Source: Hyphomicrobiales bacterium
Lineage (GTDB): Bacteria > Pseudomonadota > Alphaproteobacteria > Rhizobiales > NORP267
DNA: 64,000 bases
Reading direction: 5' to 3'
Assembly (NCBI GenBank): GCA_030688605.1
Contig: JAUYJB010000122.1
Location: 44,171 to 108,170, forward strand
Below, one piece after another: positions 10,501-19,681 of this stretch. Positions within the stretch are counted from its first letter, which is position 1, and each line of letters starts with the position of its first letter. The notes under the pieces are model-generated. The model was not told the origin of the DNA and did no database searches. It saw only the letters and a program-made list of their open reading frames with translations. A program made the translations under genes and the position numbers.

Positions 10501-12000
10501 GGGACGCCGGTCGCAACCGGCAGCATCGACCTTTCCACCCGTGTCAACGGCTCCGGGCGCAGCTGGCTCGGCCTCGTCTCCTCGCTCGGCGGGGAAGGAA
10601 AGATCAGCGCCCGCAACGGCGTGCTGCGCGGCCTCGATCCGAACGCCTTCGTGGAAATCGTCAAGGCCGCCGATTCCGGCCTGGAGCTGAAGGAGGACCG
10701 GGTCCTGAACGTGTTTCAGGGCTATCTCGCCGCCGGCGCGCTTGCCTTTGACAGCTTCGACGGGGTGTTCGAGGTCAATGAGGGCATCGTCTCGGCTAAG
10801 AATATGGCGCTGGAATCCAAGGATGCCAGCCTGGTCGCGTCGACGCTCGTCGACCTGCACCAGCTCAAGCTCGACAGCGAATGGACGCTGACGCCGGCCG
10901 CAACCGAGAAGCTGGCGGCGGTCCCGCCGGTCACGCTGGTCTTCGCCGGGCCGTTGGCGGGGCCGCAGCGCCAGCTCGACGTCGGCGCGCTGACCGGATA
11001 TCTCACCGTGCGGCGGCTCGAGGAGGATGTGCGCCGTCTCGAGGCGGCGCAGGCGGACGCGGTGGAGGGGGAGCGTTTCGACCGCATCCTGATGCAGCAG
11101 ACCCACGAGCATATGCGCCGCGCGCGCGAAAAGCGCGAGAATGCCCGCATCGCGGCGGAACGGTTGCGGACCCAGCACTTGATGCGCGTCCAGGCGGAGA
11201 CGGTGCGCCGGCAGGCGGCGCGCGAGCAGGCGGCGCGGTTGGAAGCCGAACGCAGGGCGCGCCTGCATGAGGAGGCGGCGGAGCGGGAAGCCGCCCGCCG
11301 CGAGGCCGCCCGCCTGCAGGCGGCGAAAGCGGAAGCCGAGCAGATTTTGCGCGAGCGCCGGGAGGCGGCGCGTCTGGAAGCCGAGCGCATTGCCCGCGAG
11401 CGGCGGGAGGCGGAACGTCTGCAGGAAGCCGAACGCATCGCCCGCGTGCGCCTGGAGGCGGCGCGCCTGGAGGCGGAGCGCATCGCGCGCGAGGGCCGCG
11501 AGGCGGCGGAGCGGGAAGCCGCCCGCCGCGAGGCCGCCCGCCGACAGGACTCGACGTTGGAAGCCGAACGCATGGCGCGCCAGCGCCAGGCGGCGCGGGC
11601 CGAGGCCGCCGCCGTCGAATCGGAATTGAAGATTGCCCCCACGGCGCAGGAAAGCGGCCAGAAGCCGCTCGATCAACGGTTGAGGGAGGCCCTGCGCAAG
11701 AGCCTCGGGTCGGAACCGCCGGTAGCGCCGGACGGGTCCGGACCGCTGATCGTGAATACGCCGCCGGTGCCGTCCGTCGACGTGCCGGACAATGGCCGCA
11801 GTGCGCCGCCGCCGCCGGAAACAACGGGCCCGTTGATTCTGACCACGCCGGTGCTGCCGCCCGACCTGCGAGACGAGCCGCCCGGCCTGGCGCCGTGGCC
11901 GCCCTTGTCCGCGCCGCCGCCGCAACGGTTTCCGGACCCGGGCCGGCCGCGCTCGGGCAATATCGACCTGCCCTTCGACCCGGTCGACCCGGGGGGCTAG
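7579..12000 (+). CDS. Giant AsmA-family protein with a C-terminal Glu/Arg/Ala-rich repeat region and a Pro-rich tail
   Basis: 1473-aa ORF (TTG at 7579; alternative GTG at 7612). N-terminal TM anchor VLLSVGVAVVLAMFAALLGPFLIDWN and a long beta-rich AsmA-like body. Codons encoded at ~11010..11640 give repeated EAARLEAERIARE-type units. 11640..12000 is proline-rich. Confidence 0.8.
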   Translation: MQFDPFRGDSLVNSVLLSVGVAVVLAMFAALLGPFLIDWNAYKYLLEARLSEVAGEPVSVGEVVELRLLPTPVLKANGLRVYAYGGEDAMPLLTAPRIQARMALAPILSGKIEFDELIIEEPALQVLWRSDGSVELPGFGAASSSIDPRRVSLNALEIREGSITIRDEHMREVRTLTGFNLTGGAPSLSGPFKAAGGVIDDGVLYAFRLATGQVQEDGALRTKLAVQPASGEFELALDGLLSASEGQPEFRGEAWLQRVTAAVSEDVPQAYRAERAGAPWRATMEIEATPLAVTAKTLSIGIGEDERAVQLAGGGRIDLYPILRFDAEMRASQIDLDRALGHGPGGRAAVGELGAVASGLETWIKALNAPLALRLAADAVLINGSLAEDLDVAADVAEARVSVKNFSVRLPGKSVLTGKGTVALGDAAPSLDATTQLETLQAGLLLQWLGIEDFSVGTLRVRPGAAAIVAKARLGLRDGVFRLDDLEAHLDDTAIAGRVFYQGGEGASRKLDLVLALDALDLDRYFEIVPRTAGEAGAEEAGQGRPPPDIALRLDAESLSLGDVTGRALVADLVYSQGSLTVNSLSLGDLGGTSLAASGRVDDVFGRADGELIASMTSDDLTGVARLATELGFTGRDGAELAAQAAAISPAAVEATLKAIRSDAGTEVEATFSAALGGTLAKTEASFRGQLSDLRAGTFEVSAEASNPDGEKLLAQLGIPPGANGAEEKLPGRVRLKLAGPLAEGAKLSAEAGFLGVTGQMDGTLTIDSGTAFAGRIEAATEDARLLLRRLDAPGKDAEMPVKAEISGTLERQGARWRLHDIDGQTGRQTFIGDLRLELPAEGGRRLEGNLDLDMLSLPWLLATLLGAESSEPVPGAWPEAPFDLATTWLFEGTVGVSTNRLELPGGALMGGARFDLQLQPGSAALNNLQGRLFGGEATANLRLADSVLQRGVTFTADISLEDAVLDELAWAPGGTPVATGSIDLSTRVNGSGRSWLGLVSSLGGEGKISARNGVLRGLDPNAFVEIVKAADSGLELKEDRVLNVFQGYLAAGALAFDSFDGVFEVNEGIVSAKNMALESKDASLVASTLVDLHQLKLDSEWTLTPAATEKLAAVPPVTLVFAGPLAGPQRQLDVGALTGYLTVRRLEEDVRRLEAAQADAVEGERFDRILMQQTHEHMRRAREKRENARIAAERLRTQHLMRVQAETVRRQAAREQAARLEAERRARLHEEAAEREAARREAARLQAAKAEAEQILRERREAARLEAERIARERREAERLQEAERIARVRLEAARLEAERIAREGREAAEREAARREAARRQDSTLEAERMARQRQAARAEAAAVESELKIAPTAQESGQKPLDQRLREALRKSLGSEPPVAPDGSGPLIVNTPPVPSVDVPDNGRSAPPPPETTGPLILTTPVLPPDLRDEPPGLAPWPPLSAPPPQRFPDPGRPRSGNIDLPFDPVDPGG
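11272..11542 (+). repeat. 43-bp exact direct repeat inside the AsmA-family gene (copies 11272..11314 and 11500..11542), 228 bp apart and in frame
   Basis: Both copies read gaggcggcggagcgggaagccgcccgccgcgaggccgcccgcc (encoding EAAEREAARREAAR). They sit in a degenerate array of similar units. Confidence 0.9.
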
Positions 12001-12038
12001 AGCGGTTCATGGTTATAGGGGAACCATGAACCGCTCTA
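11998..12038. terminator. Perfect 17-bp inverted repeat hairpin starting at the asmA-family stop codon
   Basis: tagagcggttcatggtt (11998..12014) / loop atagggg / aaccatgaaccgctcta (12022..12038). Lies between convergent genes. No U-tract, so a terminator role is inferred only from position. Confidence 0.5.
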
Positions 12039-12100
12039 TCGGCAAGACGCTTGGGTCTTCCCGGATCTGACGGCGGAAGTGCAGCTACCCAAAAACGATT

Positions 12101-12119
12101 CTCCCCCCTTGTGGGGGAG
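12101..12119. repeat. REP-like CTCCCC...GGGGAG hairpin (family member 1)
   Basis: ctccccc-cttgt-gggggag; same family as the hairpins at 13880 and 13976. Confidence 0.5.
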
Positions 12120-12158
12120 GAGGAATGATCCATTGCGCTGGCCTGAATTCAAGCAGCG

Positions 12159-12386
12159 TCAGGGCTTGTTACCCGGCTTTGCCCCTGGATGGCGCAGGGA
12201 CTGCAGAATGTGGCGGCGGATGGCCGAGGACAGATTTCCGGCGCCGCGATCGCGGTCGATCTCGGCAATCAATCGATTGACGGACATGCCGCGCGCGGCG
12301 GCAATCTCCTTAAGCGCGCGCCAGAACTCTTTCTCCAACGAAACGCTGGTACGGTGGCCGTTGAGGGTGACGGAGTGTTTTTTCAC
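12159..12386 (-). CDS. Ribbon-helix-helix domain protein
   Basis: 75-aa ORF. VTLNGHRTSVSLEKEFWRALKEIAAARGMSVNRLIAEID is an RHH-type (beta-strand, two helices) DNA-binding fold pattern. Confidence 0.65.
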   Translation of the reverse strand: MKKHSVTLNGHRTSVSLEKEFWRALKEIAAARGMSVNRLIAEIDRDRGAGNLSSAIRRHILQSLRHPGAKPGNKP

Positions 12387-12401
12387 TGTTATTTCAATGC
12401 A

Positions 12402-13802
<1,401 letters not shown>

Positions 13803-13879
13803 CCTCCCTGCTGATAGGGGTCGAGATCAAGGTGTCTCCGGCAGGCAGCTCAAAGACGGCGATTACGGCGCCGGAACCA

Positions 13880-13900
13880 CCTCTCCCCGCCGGGGAGAGG
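13880..13900. repeat. REP-like hairpin cctctcccc-gcc-ggggagagg
   Basis: 9-bp stem palindrome in the fumC/sspB intergenic region. Confidence 0.55.
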
Positions 13901-13975
13901 TCGGTTCGCGTCGGCGGACCGGGCGAGGGGGAGTTAGGAGTTTCAATAAGTTACGCATGTCCGCCTCACCCTGTC

Positions 13976-13996
13976 CCTCTCCCCGCAGGGGAGAGG
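13976..13996. repeat. REP-like hairpin cctctcccc-gca-ggggagagg
   Basis: Near-identical second copy, 96 bp from the first. Confidence 0.55.
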
Positions 13997-14165
13997 AGAC
14001 GCATGCATCGCCGTCCTTCGCGCTTTTCCTGCGGCCTCCTGGAGCAATCGGCGGTCAAATGGTTCACGTGACCAAATGACGCTCTAGCATGGGGCAGGGG
14101 GCGACGCCACACGAGGGTAGGCCCGGCGGGCGCGTGAAATTGCCGCCGGGAACCGCTCCGTGCCC

Positions 14166-14714
14166 TCAGCTCTTCTTGCGGAAGGCGTCGAGCTGCACGA
14201 CCTCGGCGCTCTCGTGGGCGACCTCGGTCTTGGGTTGCGTCTTGGGCCGCGGCCTGACCTTCTCGGCGCTGTCGGCGGGCGGGGCGGGAACGGCCGGAGC
14301 CGCGCTTGCCGGGCGCTCGCCGCCGGTCTTTCCCGCCGTGGCGGCGGGCGCCGCCGGCTCCAGCGGCTCGAATTGCAGGCCGAACTGGACGCTCGGGTCG
14401 AAGAAGCCCTTGATCGCCGCGTAAGGGACGGTCAGATGTTCCGGCGTGTCGTTGAAGGACAGCGAGACCTCGAACGCGGCTTTGCCGGCCTTCAGGTTCC
14501 AGAACTGGTGCTGCAGGACGATGGTCATTTCGCTGGGGTGGCGCGCCTTCAGCCGCTCGGAGAGCTCGACGCCGGGAGCCGCGGTGTTGATGGTGACGTA
14601 GAAATGATGCTCGCCGGGAAGGCCGGTCTCGGCGACCTCGCCGAGCACCTCGCGCACGACCCCGCGCAATGCCTTCTGGGCTCGCAAATCGTAACGGAAC
14701 AGGTCCTCAGCCAT
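14166..14714 (-). CDS. sspB: ClpXP adaptor SspB (alphaproteobacterial type)
   Basis: ORF 14166..14750 trimmed to the second Met (14714, preceded by AAGGGGA), because upstream sequence belongs to the tmRNA. MAEDLFRYDLRAQKALRGVVREVLGEVAETGLPGEHHFYVTINTAAPGV...MTIVLQHQFWNLK...VPYAAIKGFFDPSVQFGLQFE matches the SspB fold family. The disordered linker ends in VVQLDAFRKKS, a candidate ClpX-binding tail. Confidence 0.85.
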   Translation of the reverse strand: MAEDLFRYDLRAQKALRGVVREVLGEVAETGLPGEHHFYVTINTAAPGVELSERLKARHPSEMTIVLQHQFWNLKAGKAAFEVSLSFNDTPEHLTVPYAAIKGFFDPSVQFGLQFEPLEPAAPAATAGKTGGERPASAAPAVPAPPADSAEKVRPRPKTQPKTEVAHESAEVVQLDAFRKKS

Positions 14715-14749
14715 CCCCTTACCCGTCAGGTTCCGTGGCGGCCTCGACA

Positions 14750-15117
14750 CCCGCCCCCAGGGGCGGACATAAAGTGGAGGGCTTCTGTTGCCAGGTGCCC
14801 TCCGAACCCCGCCTAGACCGTGCTAACGGCTAGGACTTCGATTTCGGTGCTAGAGCTGCATTAAGCAGCCAGAGCAACCGGAGCATAGTTGTCGTTGGCA
14901 ACTATAGTTTCGGCCCGATAACGGCGGAACCATGCCGGGCGAAAGCGCATCCTTTAGACCCTCGTCGATCCTATTTCGCCCCCATCAGATGGCCCCTGAC
15001 CGCCGGTCGCGGCCTGCGTTTCTCAGGGCCCATGTGGTGGAGGCGCCGGGTACCGCCCCCGGGTCCGATGGGCTTATTGCGATGACCGTTTATCGCCATA
15101 GCCGGCCGTAGCCGACA
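14750..15117 (-). ncRNA. ssrA: tmRNA (ssrA), circularly permuted two-piece alphaproteobacterial type
   Basis: Reverse strand. The acceptor piece ends ...CAUCGGACCCGGGGGCGGUACCCGGCGCCUCCACCA (ACCA = 15039..15036). An intervening hairpin GGCCCUGA...UCAGGGGCC follows. The coding piece starts GGGGGCGAAAUAGGAUCGACGAGGG at 14983. The tag ORF GCC AAC GAC AAC UAU GCU CCG GUU GCU CUG GCU GCU UAA encodes ANDNYAPVALAA* (14899..14861). 5' GGGGGCG pairs with CGCCUCC, including a G3-U pair. A TATATT -10-like box lies at 15129..15124. The outer ends are approximate (+/- 30 nt). Confidence 0.85.
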
Positions 15118-15205
15118 GACCCAATATAGGCGCGGATTATGAATAAAAAAAGATAGGATTGATCGCGATTCGCATGGGCGGAGGTATCGCGGATCGCATA
15201 ACGGG

Positions 15206-16042
15206 GTGCGGAGGATGAGCCAAACGCAGGGCACGGCCGAGGCAGCCAAGACGCAGCAAAGCCCCCCGGCGGAGGGCGATGGGAGGGGTGCCGCCGGCTG
15301 GCCGGTCCTGGCGTTGATCGTCGCGGCCGCCCTGATCTATGGCCTGTCGGCGGCGATCGGCGGCGCCGTGGTCAGCGCCGGGTTCTGGGCCCTGCAATCG
15401 TTTGGCCTTGTTCCCTCGGGCCTGTCGCTGACCGAGCTCCTGCTGTCGCCCGAGGCCGCCGAGGGGCCGGCGGCCGCCTATCATTTCGCCGTCGTCGGCG
15501 GCATCTTCATCTTCAACGCGGTGGCCATGGTGGCGCTGATTCTGGCCATAGCCCGGCGCTCGCTCGCCGGCGGGCGGGCCGCGGCGGCGCCGCTGCGGCG
15601 GGTTGCGCCATGGGCGATCGTCGGCGGCATCATCGTCGTGCCGATCGTGACGCTCGCCGCCTTCGTCGTCGCCTACCGGCTCGCCGGCATTCCGATTCCG
15701 GCGGAGACCGGCTTCGATCCCGCCGACTGGCGCATGTGGGCCTATCCGCTCGGGCTCGTGATCGCCGCTCCCATCGCCGAGGAGATCGCCTTTCGCGGCT
15801 GGCTGTTCTCAGGCATCCATCGCCGCACCGGTTCGGCCCAGGCGGCGGTGTGGACGACGGCCGTGCTTTGGGCGCTGCTGCACGTCTCCCAGGGGTGGGT
15901 CAAGGCGGCGGCGCTGCTGCCGACCGGCCTCCTGCTCGGCGCCATGCGGCTCAAGACCGGCTCGCTGCGGCCAACGCTTGCCGGCCACATGGCGATGAAC
16001 GCGGCCGGGCTCGTTTATATGACCTGGCTGGCAGGGGGGTAG
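15206..16042 (+). CDS. CPBP-family (CAAX/Abi) intramembrane glutamic endopeptidase
   Basis: 278-aa polytopic ORF with CPBP motifs AEEIAFRGWLF, ALLHVSQG and GHMAMNA. Confidence 0.75.
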   Translation: MRRMSQTQGTAEAAKTQQSPPAEGDGRGAAGWPVLALIVAAALIYGLSAAIGGAVVSAGFWALQSFGLVPSGLSLTELLLSPEAAEGPAAAYHFAVVGGIFIFNAVAMVALILAIARRSLAGGRAAAAPLRRVAPWAIVGGIIVVPIVTLAAFVVAYRLAGIPIPAETGFDPADWRMWAYPLGLVIAAPIAEEIAFRGWLFSGIHRRTGSAQAAVWTTAVLWALLHVSQGWVKAAALLPTGLLLGAMRLKTGSLRPTLAGHMAMNAAGLVYMTWLAGG

Positions 16043-16184
16043 AGCGAGCCTGCCGGCTCATGTCGGGAGGCAGGCTTCCGGAACGCGTCCGGGGCGCGAA
16101 GATTTGATTGGCCGGGCAGGCGGATTTTCCCTACATTCTTCCGCTGCTCGATCAGATCCCGGAAGCTGGAGCGGAATTCCCGAA

Positions 16185-16850
16185 ATGATCCGTTTGATTG
16201 CAATCGCCTTTGTCTCGATGGCCCTTATGGCGCCGTCGTTGGCGGCGGCCGAAACGGCGCACGAACTCACATGGGAAATCCTGGTCCCTCCTGCTCCGCC
16301 TTTGCACGACCCGTTCAAGCACCTGACCAGGGACCAGAAGCTCGACCTGCACGCCATTATCGGCATCAAGATAGAGAAGATGCAGGGGCTTATAGACGAC
16401 GACAGCGCGCTGTTGAAAATCGCGCAGGAACGCATCGACAAGCTGACGAAGCAGGGGCTCGATGTGGACGCCTTGATCGGCGAATACATCAAGCTCGAGA
16501 AGGAAGTCGCCGAGCGCGGCGAGGCGGTCGTCGGGGCTCTCGACGGTCAGCTCGTGCGCATGCCGGGCTATGTGCTGCCGCTCGAATTCTCCGGCACGGA
16601 GGTGAGCGAGTTCTTCCTCGTCCCCTATGTCGGCGCCTGCATTCACGTGCCGCCGCCGCCGCCGAACCAGATGGTGTTCGTGCGCCTGCACGACAGCACC
16701 ATCAGCGGCGACCTCTACGAGCCGATCTGGATCACCGGACGGATGAAGGTCGAGAAGACGAATACCCTGCTGAACTATTTCGACGGCCAATCCAAGGTCG
16801 ACGCGGGCTATACGATCGACGGCCTGAAGGTCGAAATCTACGAACCGTAA
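16185..16850 (+). CDS. DUF3299-domain periplasmic protein (ZrgD-like)
   Basis: ORF 16104..16850 trimmed to the ATG at 16185 (signal peptide MIRLIAIAFVSMALMAPSLAAA). Characteristic C-terminal block EFFLVPYVGACIHVPPPPPNQMVFV. Confidence 0.7.
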   Translation: MIRLIAIAFVSMALMAPSLAAAETAHELTWEILVPPAPPLHDPFKHLTRDQKLDLHAIIGIKIEKMQGLIDDDSALLKIAQERIDKLTKQGLDVDALIGEYIKLEKEVAERGEAVVGALDGQLVRMPGYVLPLEFSGTEVSEFFLVPYVGACIHVPPPPPNQMVFVRLHDSTISGDLYEPIWITGRMKVEKTNTLLNYFDGQSKVDAGYTIDGLKVEIYEP

Positions 16851-16985
16851 CGCTGCTCCAGGGTCGACGCGGACCGCGCGCCGGAGAGCCGAAAAGCCTG
16901 GATCCGCCAGCCGTAACGCCGCAGAATTTCTCGCCGCGGTTGAATTTGCGGCCGTCGCGGCTTTTCTCCCGGCGCCGCTGAGGGT

Positions 16986-17002
16986 ATGTTATATTGTTAC
17001 AT
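16986..17002. promoter_or_regulatory. Candidate Zur box upstream of the zrgA-like gene
   Basis: ATGTTATATTGTTACAT, an AT-rich imperfect palindrome in a GC-rich intergenic region ~50 nt upstream of the ATG at 17054. By eye it matches TGTTATA-N-TATAACA-type Zur operators at 12 of 14 core positions. Confidence 0.45.
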
Positions 17003-17053
17003 CACGGGCGCAGGGCGCTTGCGCGGGCTTGCCGGTGTCGGGGAGGTCGGAAG

Positions 17054-17638
17054 ATGGGAAACGACGAGCAAGGGCGGAGCAGGATCGAGCCGGCCGGGCG
17101 GCGGGTCCTGTCGTGGACTTGCGCGGCAATTCTGGCGGTTTTTTCCGCCGGCGCCGCGGCCGCGGAGCGGGAGCATGGGCCGCACGTCCACGGCGTCGGC
17201 CTGCTCAACCTGGCGGTGGAGGGGAACATGGTGGAAATCGAGCTGATTTCGCCCGGCGCCGACATTGTCGGCTTCGAGCACGGGGCCGAGACGCAGGCCG
17301 ACCGGGAGGCGGTCGAAAACGCTGTAACGCGCCTGAAGGCGGGCGCGCAACTGTTTGTTTTTCCTAGAGAAGCCCAATGCCGGCTGGAGGAGGCCGAGGT
17401 GGAATCGGAGTTGATGGGCGACGAACGGCATGAGGGCGAAGGCGAAGCGCACGAAGAACACGCGGAATTTCATGCCCGATACCGGTTTTTCTGCGCCGAA
17501 CCGGGCGCGCTGACCCATGTCGATGTCGGGTTTTTCCGGCAGTTTCCCGCCGCGCGGGAGCTCGAGGTCCAATTCATCGCCGCGCGCGGGCAGGGCGGGC
17601 AGGAGCTGACGCCGGCCGCGGCGCGGCTGAACCTCTGA
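17054..17638 (+). CDS. DUF2796 periplasmic metal-binding protein (ZrgA-like)
   Basis: ORF 16994..17638 trimmed to the ATG at 17054 (RBS GGGAGG). Signal peptide and His/Glu-rich stretch GDERHEGEGEAHEEHAEFH. The repeated block VEIELISPGADIVGFEH is typical of DUF2796. Confidence 0.7.
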   Translation: MGNDEQGRSRIEPAGRRVLSWTCAAILAVFSAGAAAAEREHGPHVHGVGLLNLAVEGNMVEIELISPGADIVGFEHGAETQADREAVENAVTRLKAGAQLFVFPREAQCRLEEAEVESELMGDERHEGEGEAHEEHAEFHARYRFFCAEPGALTHVDVGFFRQFPAARELEVQFIAARGQGGQELTPAAARLNL

Positions 17639-17675
17639 CCCTTGGGGCAAAGGCCGGCTCAGTAGTGGTGGCCCG

Positions 17676-18383
17676 ATGGGCGATGCGATGGTTCACATGT
17701 CCGAGGTCCGGTTCCGCTGGCGCCGGCAGGACCCGTTGATCCTCGACATTCCAAGCCTGAGCGTGGCGAAAGGCGAAAAGCTCTTCATCAAGGGGCCGAG
17801 CGGCAGCGGAAAAACCACGCTTCTCAACCTGTTGGGCGGGGTCGCCGTGCCCGAACAGGGCGGCGTTAAGATCAAGGACACCGATATGGCGGCGCTCGAC
17901 GGCGCCCGCCGGGACGCCTTCCGCGCCGACCATATCGGCATCATCTTCCAGATGTTCAATCTGGTCCCCTATCTCTCCCTGATCGACAATGTGGTGCTGC
18001 CGTGCCGGTTCTCGTCGTCCCGCCGCAAGCGCGCCCTGGAACGGGCGGCAAGCCTCGAAGAGGAGGCAAGGCGGCTGCTTGCGGCGATGGCGCTGGACGC
18101 CGACGCCAACGCCTCGCGGCAGGTGGCCGAGCTCAGCACCGGCCAGCAGCAGCGGGTCGCCGCGGCGCGCTGCCTGATCGGCGCACCGGAGCTGGTGATC
18201 GCCGATGAGCCGACCTCGTCGCTCGACGCGGACGTGCGCGGCTCGTTCCTCGACCTCCTGTTCGGCGAGATCGGCGCGGCCGGATCGACGCTCGTCTTCG
18301 TCAGCCACGATTCGAGCCTTGCCGGCGCCTTCGACCGGACGCTGGCGCTCGCCGACATCAACCGCGCTGGCAGCGGGGAGTGA
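17676..18383 (+). CDS. ABC transporter ATP-binding protein (MacB/LolD/FtsE-like)
   Basis: Walker A GPSGSGKTT, signature LSTGQQQRVAAAR, Walker B LVIADEPTSSLD. Confidence 0.9.
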   Translation: MGDAMVHMSEVRFRWRRQDPLILDIPSLSVAKGEKLFIKGPSGSGKTTLLNLLGGVAVPEQGGVKIKDTDMAALDGARRDAFRADHIGIIFQMFNLVPYLSLIDNVVLPCRFSSSRRKRALERAASLEEEARRLLAAMALDADANASRQVAELSTGQQQRVAAARCLIGAPELVIADEPTSSLDADVRGSFLDLLFGEIGAAGSTLVFVSHDSSLAGAFDRTLALADINRAGSGE

Positions 18384-18391
18384 GAACCGCC

Positions 18392-19651
18392 ATGCCCATT
18401 CTGTCGCTTGCCTTCAAGAGCCTTCTGAACCGCCGGGTCACCGCGTCGCTCACCGTCTTCACCATCGCCGTCAGCGTGACGCTCCTCATCGGCGTCGAGA
18501 AGATCCGCACCGAGGCGAAGTCGAGCTTCGCCAACACGATCTCCGGCACCGACCTCATCGTCGGCGCGCGCTCGGGCGCCATCCAGCTTCTGCTCTATTC
18601 GGTGTTCCGCATCGGCAACGCCACCAACAACATCTCCTGGGAAAGCTATCGCGACATCGCCGAAAACCCGCAGGTCGCCTGGACGATCCCCCTGTCGCTC
18701 GGCGATTCCCATCGCGGCTTTCGGGTGCTGGGCACAACCCGCGATTATTTCGAGCATTTCCGCTTTTCCCGCCAAAGGCAGCTGAGCTTTGCCGCCGGTG
18801 GCCCCCTCGACGACGTGTTCGATGCCGTCCTTGGGGCCACGGTCGCCGAAACGCTCGGCTACAGGCTTGGCGACCCGATCGTCGTTCAGCACGGATTGGG
18901 GAGCGAAGGCTTCGCCAGCCACAAGGACAAGCCGTTCCGGGTCGCGGGCGTCCTCGCCAAGACGGGAACCCCCGTCGACCGGACCGTGCATGTGAGCCTC
19001 GAGGGCATCGAGGCGATGCATGTCGACTGGCGCGGCGGCGCGCCGGTTCCAGGCCTCGGTATCGGCGCCGAAGAGGTGCGGACCATGGACCTGCGGCCGA
19101 CGGTGATCACCGCCTTCCTGGTCGGGCTGAAATCCAGGCTCGCCACCTTCTCCATGCAGCGGCGGATCAACGAATATCGCTCAGAACCGCTGCTCGCCAT
19201 CCTTCCCGGGGTGGCGCTGCAGGAGCTTTGGGGGCTGGTGGGAACGGCGGAGCAGGCGCTTTCGGCGATCTCGGTCCTGGTGGTGATCACCGGGCTCCTC
19301 GGCATGGCGACGATGCTGCTCTCGACCCTCAACGAGCGCCGCCGCGAGATGGCGATCCTGCGCTCGGTTGGCGCGCGGCCGTTGCAGGTCTTCGGCCTGT
19401 TCGCACTCGAGGCGACCATTCTGACGGCGCTCGGCACTCTGCTCGGGCTTGCTCTCGTCTATCTGTCGCTCGCCGTCGCGCAGCCGATCGTCGATGCGCG
19501 TTTCGGCCTCTACCTTCCCATCACCTGGCCGACGGCGTGGAACATGGCCGTCATCGGCCTCGTGGTCCTGGCGGGCTTCATCGTTGGCGCGGTGCCGGCC
19601 TTCCGGGCCTACCGCCGGTCGCTCGCCGACGGCATGATCGTGCGCACCTAG
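18392..19651 (+). CDS. ABC transporter permease, FtsX/MacB-type
   Basis: ORF 18380..19651. The ATG at 18392 gives MPILSLAFKSLLNRRVTASLTVFTIAVSV, a typical FtsX-family N-terminus. A periplasmic domain is followed by three C-terminal TM helices. Confidence 0.85.
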   Translation: MPILSLAFKSLLNRRVTASLTVFTIAVSVTLLIGVEKIRTEAKSSFANTISGTDLIVGARSGAIQLLLYSVFRIGNATNNISWESYRDIAENPQVAWTIPLSLGDSHRGFRVLGTTRDYFEHFRFSRQRQLSFAAGGPLDDVFDAVLGATVAETLGYRLGDPIVVQHGLGSEGFASHKDKPFRVAGVLAKTGTPVDRTVHVSLEGIEAMHVDWRGGAPVPGLGIGAEEVRTMDLRPTVITAFLVGLKSRLATFSMQRRINEYRSEPLLAILPGVALQELWGLVGTAEQALSAISVLVVITGLLGMATMLLSTLNERRREMAILRSVGARPLQVFGLFALEATILTALGTLLGLALVYLSLAVAQPIVDARFGLYLPITWPTAWNMAVIGLVVLAGFIVGAVPAFRAYRRSLADGMIVRT

Positions 19652-19681
19652 CGCGCTGCCGCGGCGGCGGCGCGAAGGCGC

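Noticed and set aside
7513-11925. 1470-aa ORF on the minus strand, almost exactly antisense to the 1473-aa AsmA-family gene
   Set aside because: In ~65% GC genomes the sense codons TTA, CTA and TCA are rare, so the codon-aligned antisense frame stays open. The predicted protein is Arg/Gly/Pro/Ala-rich low-complexity sequence with no domain pattern, whereas the + strand product has a TM anchor and family-like sequence.
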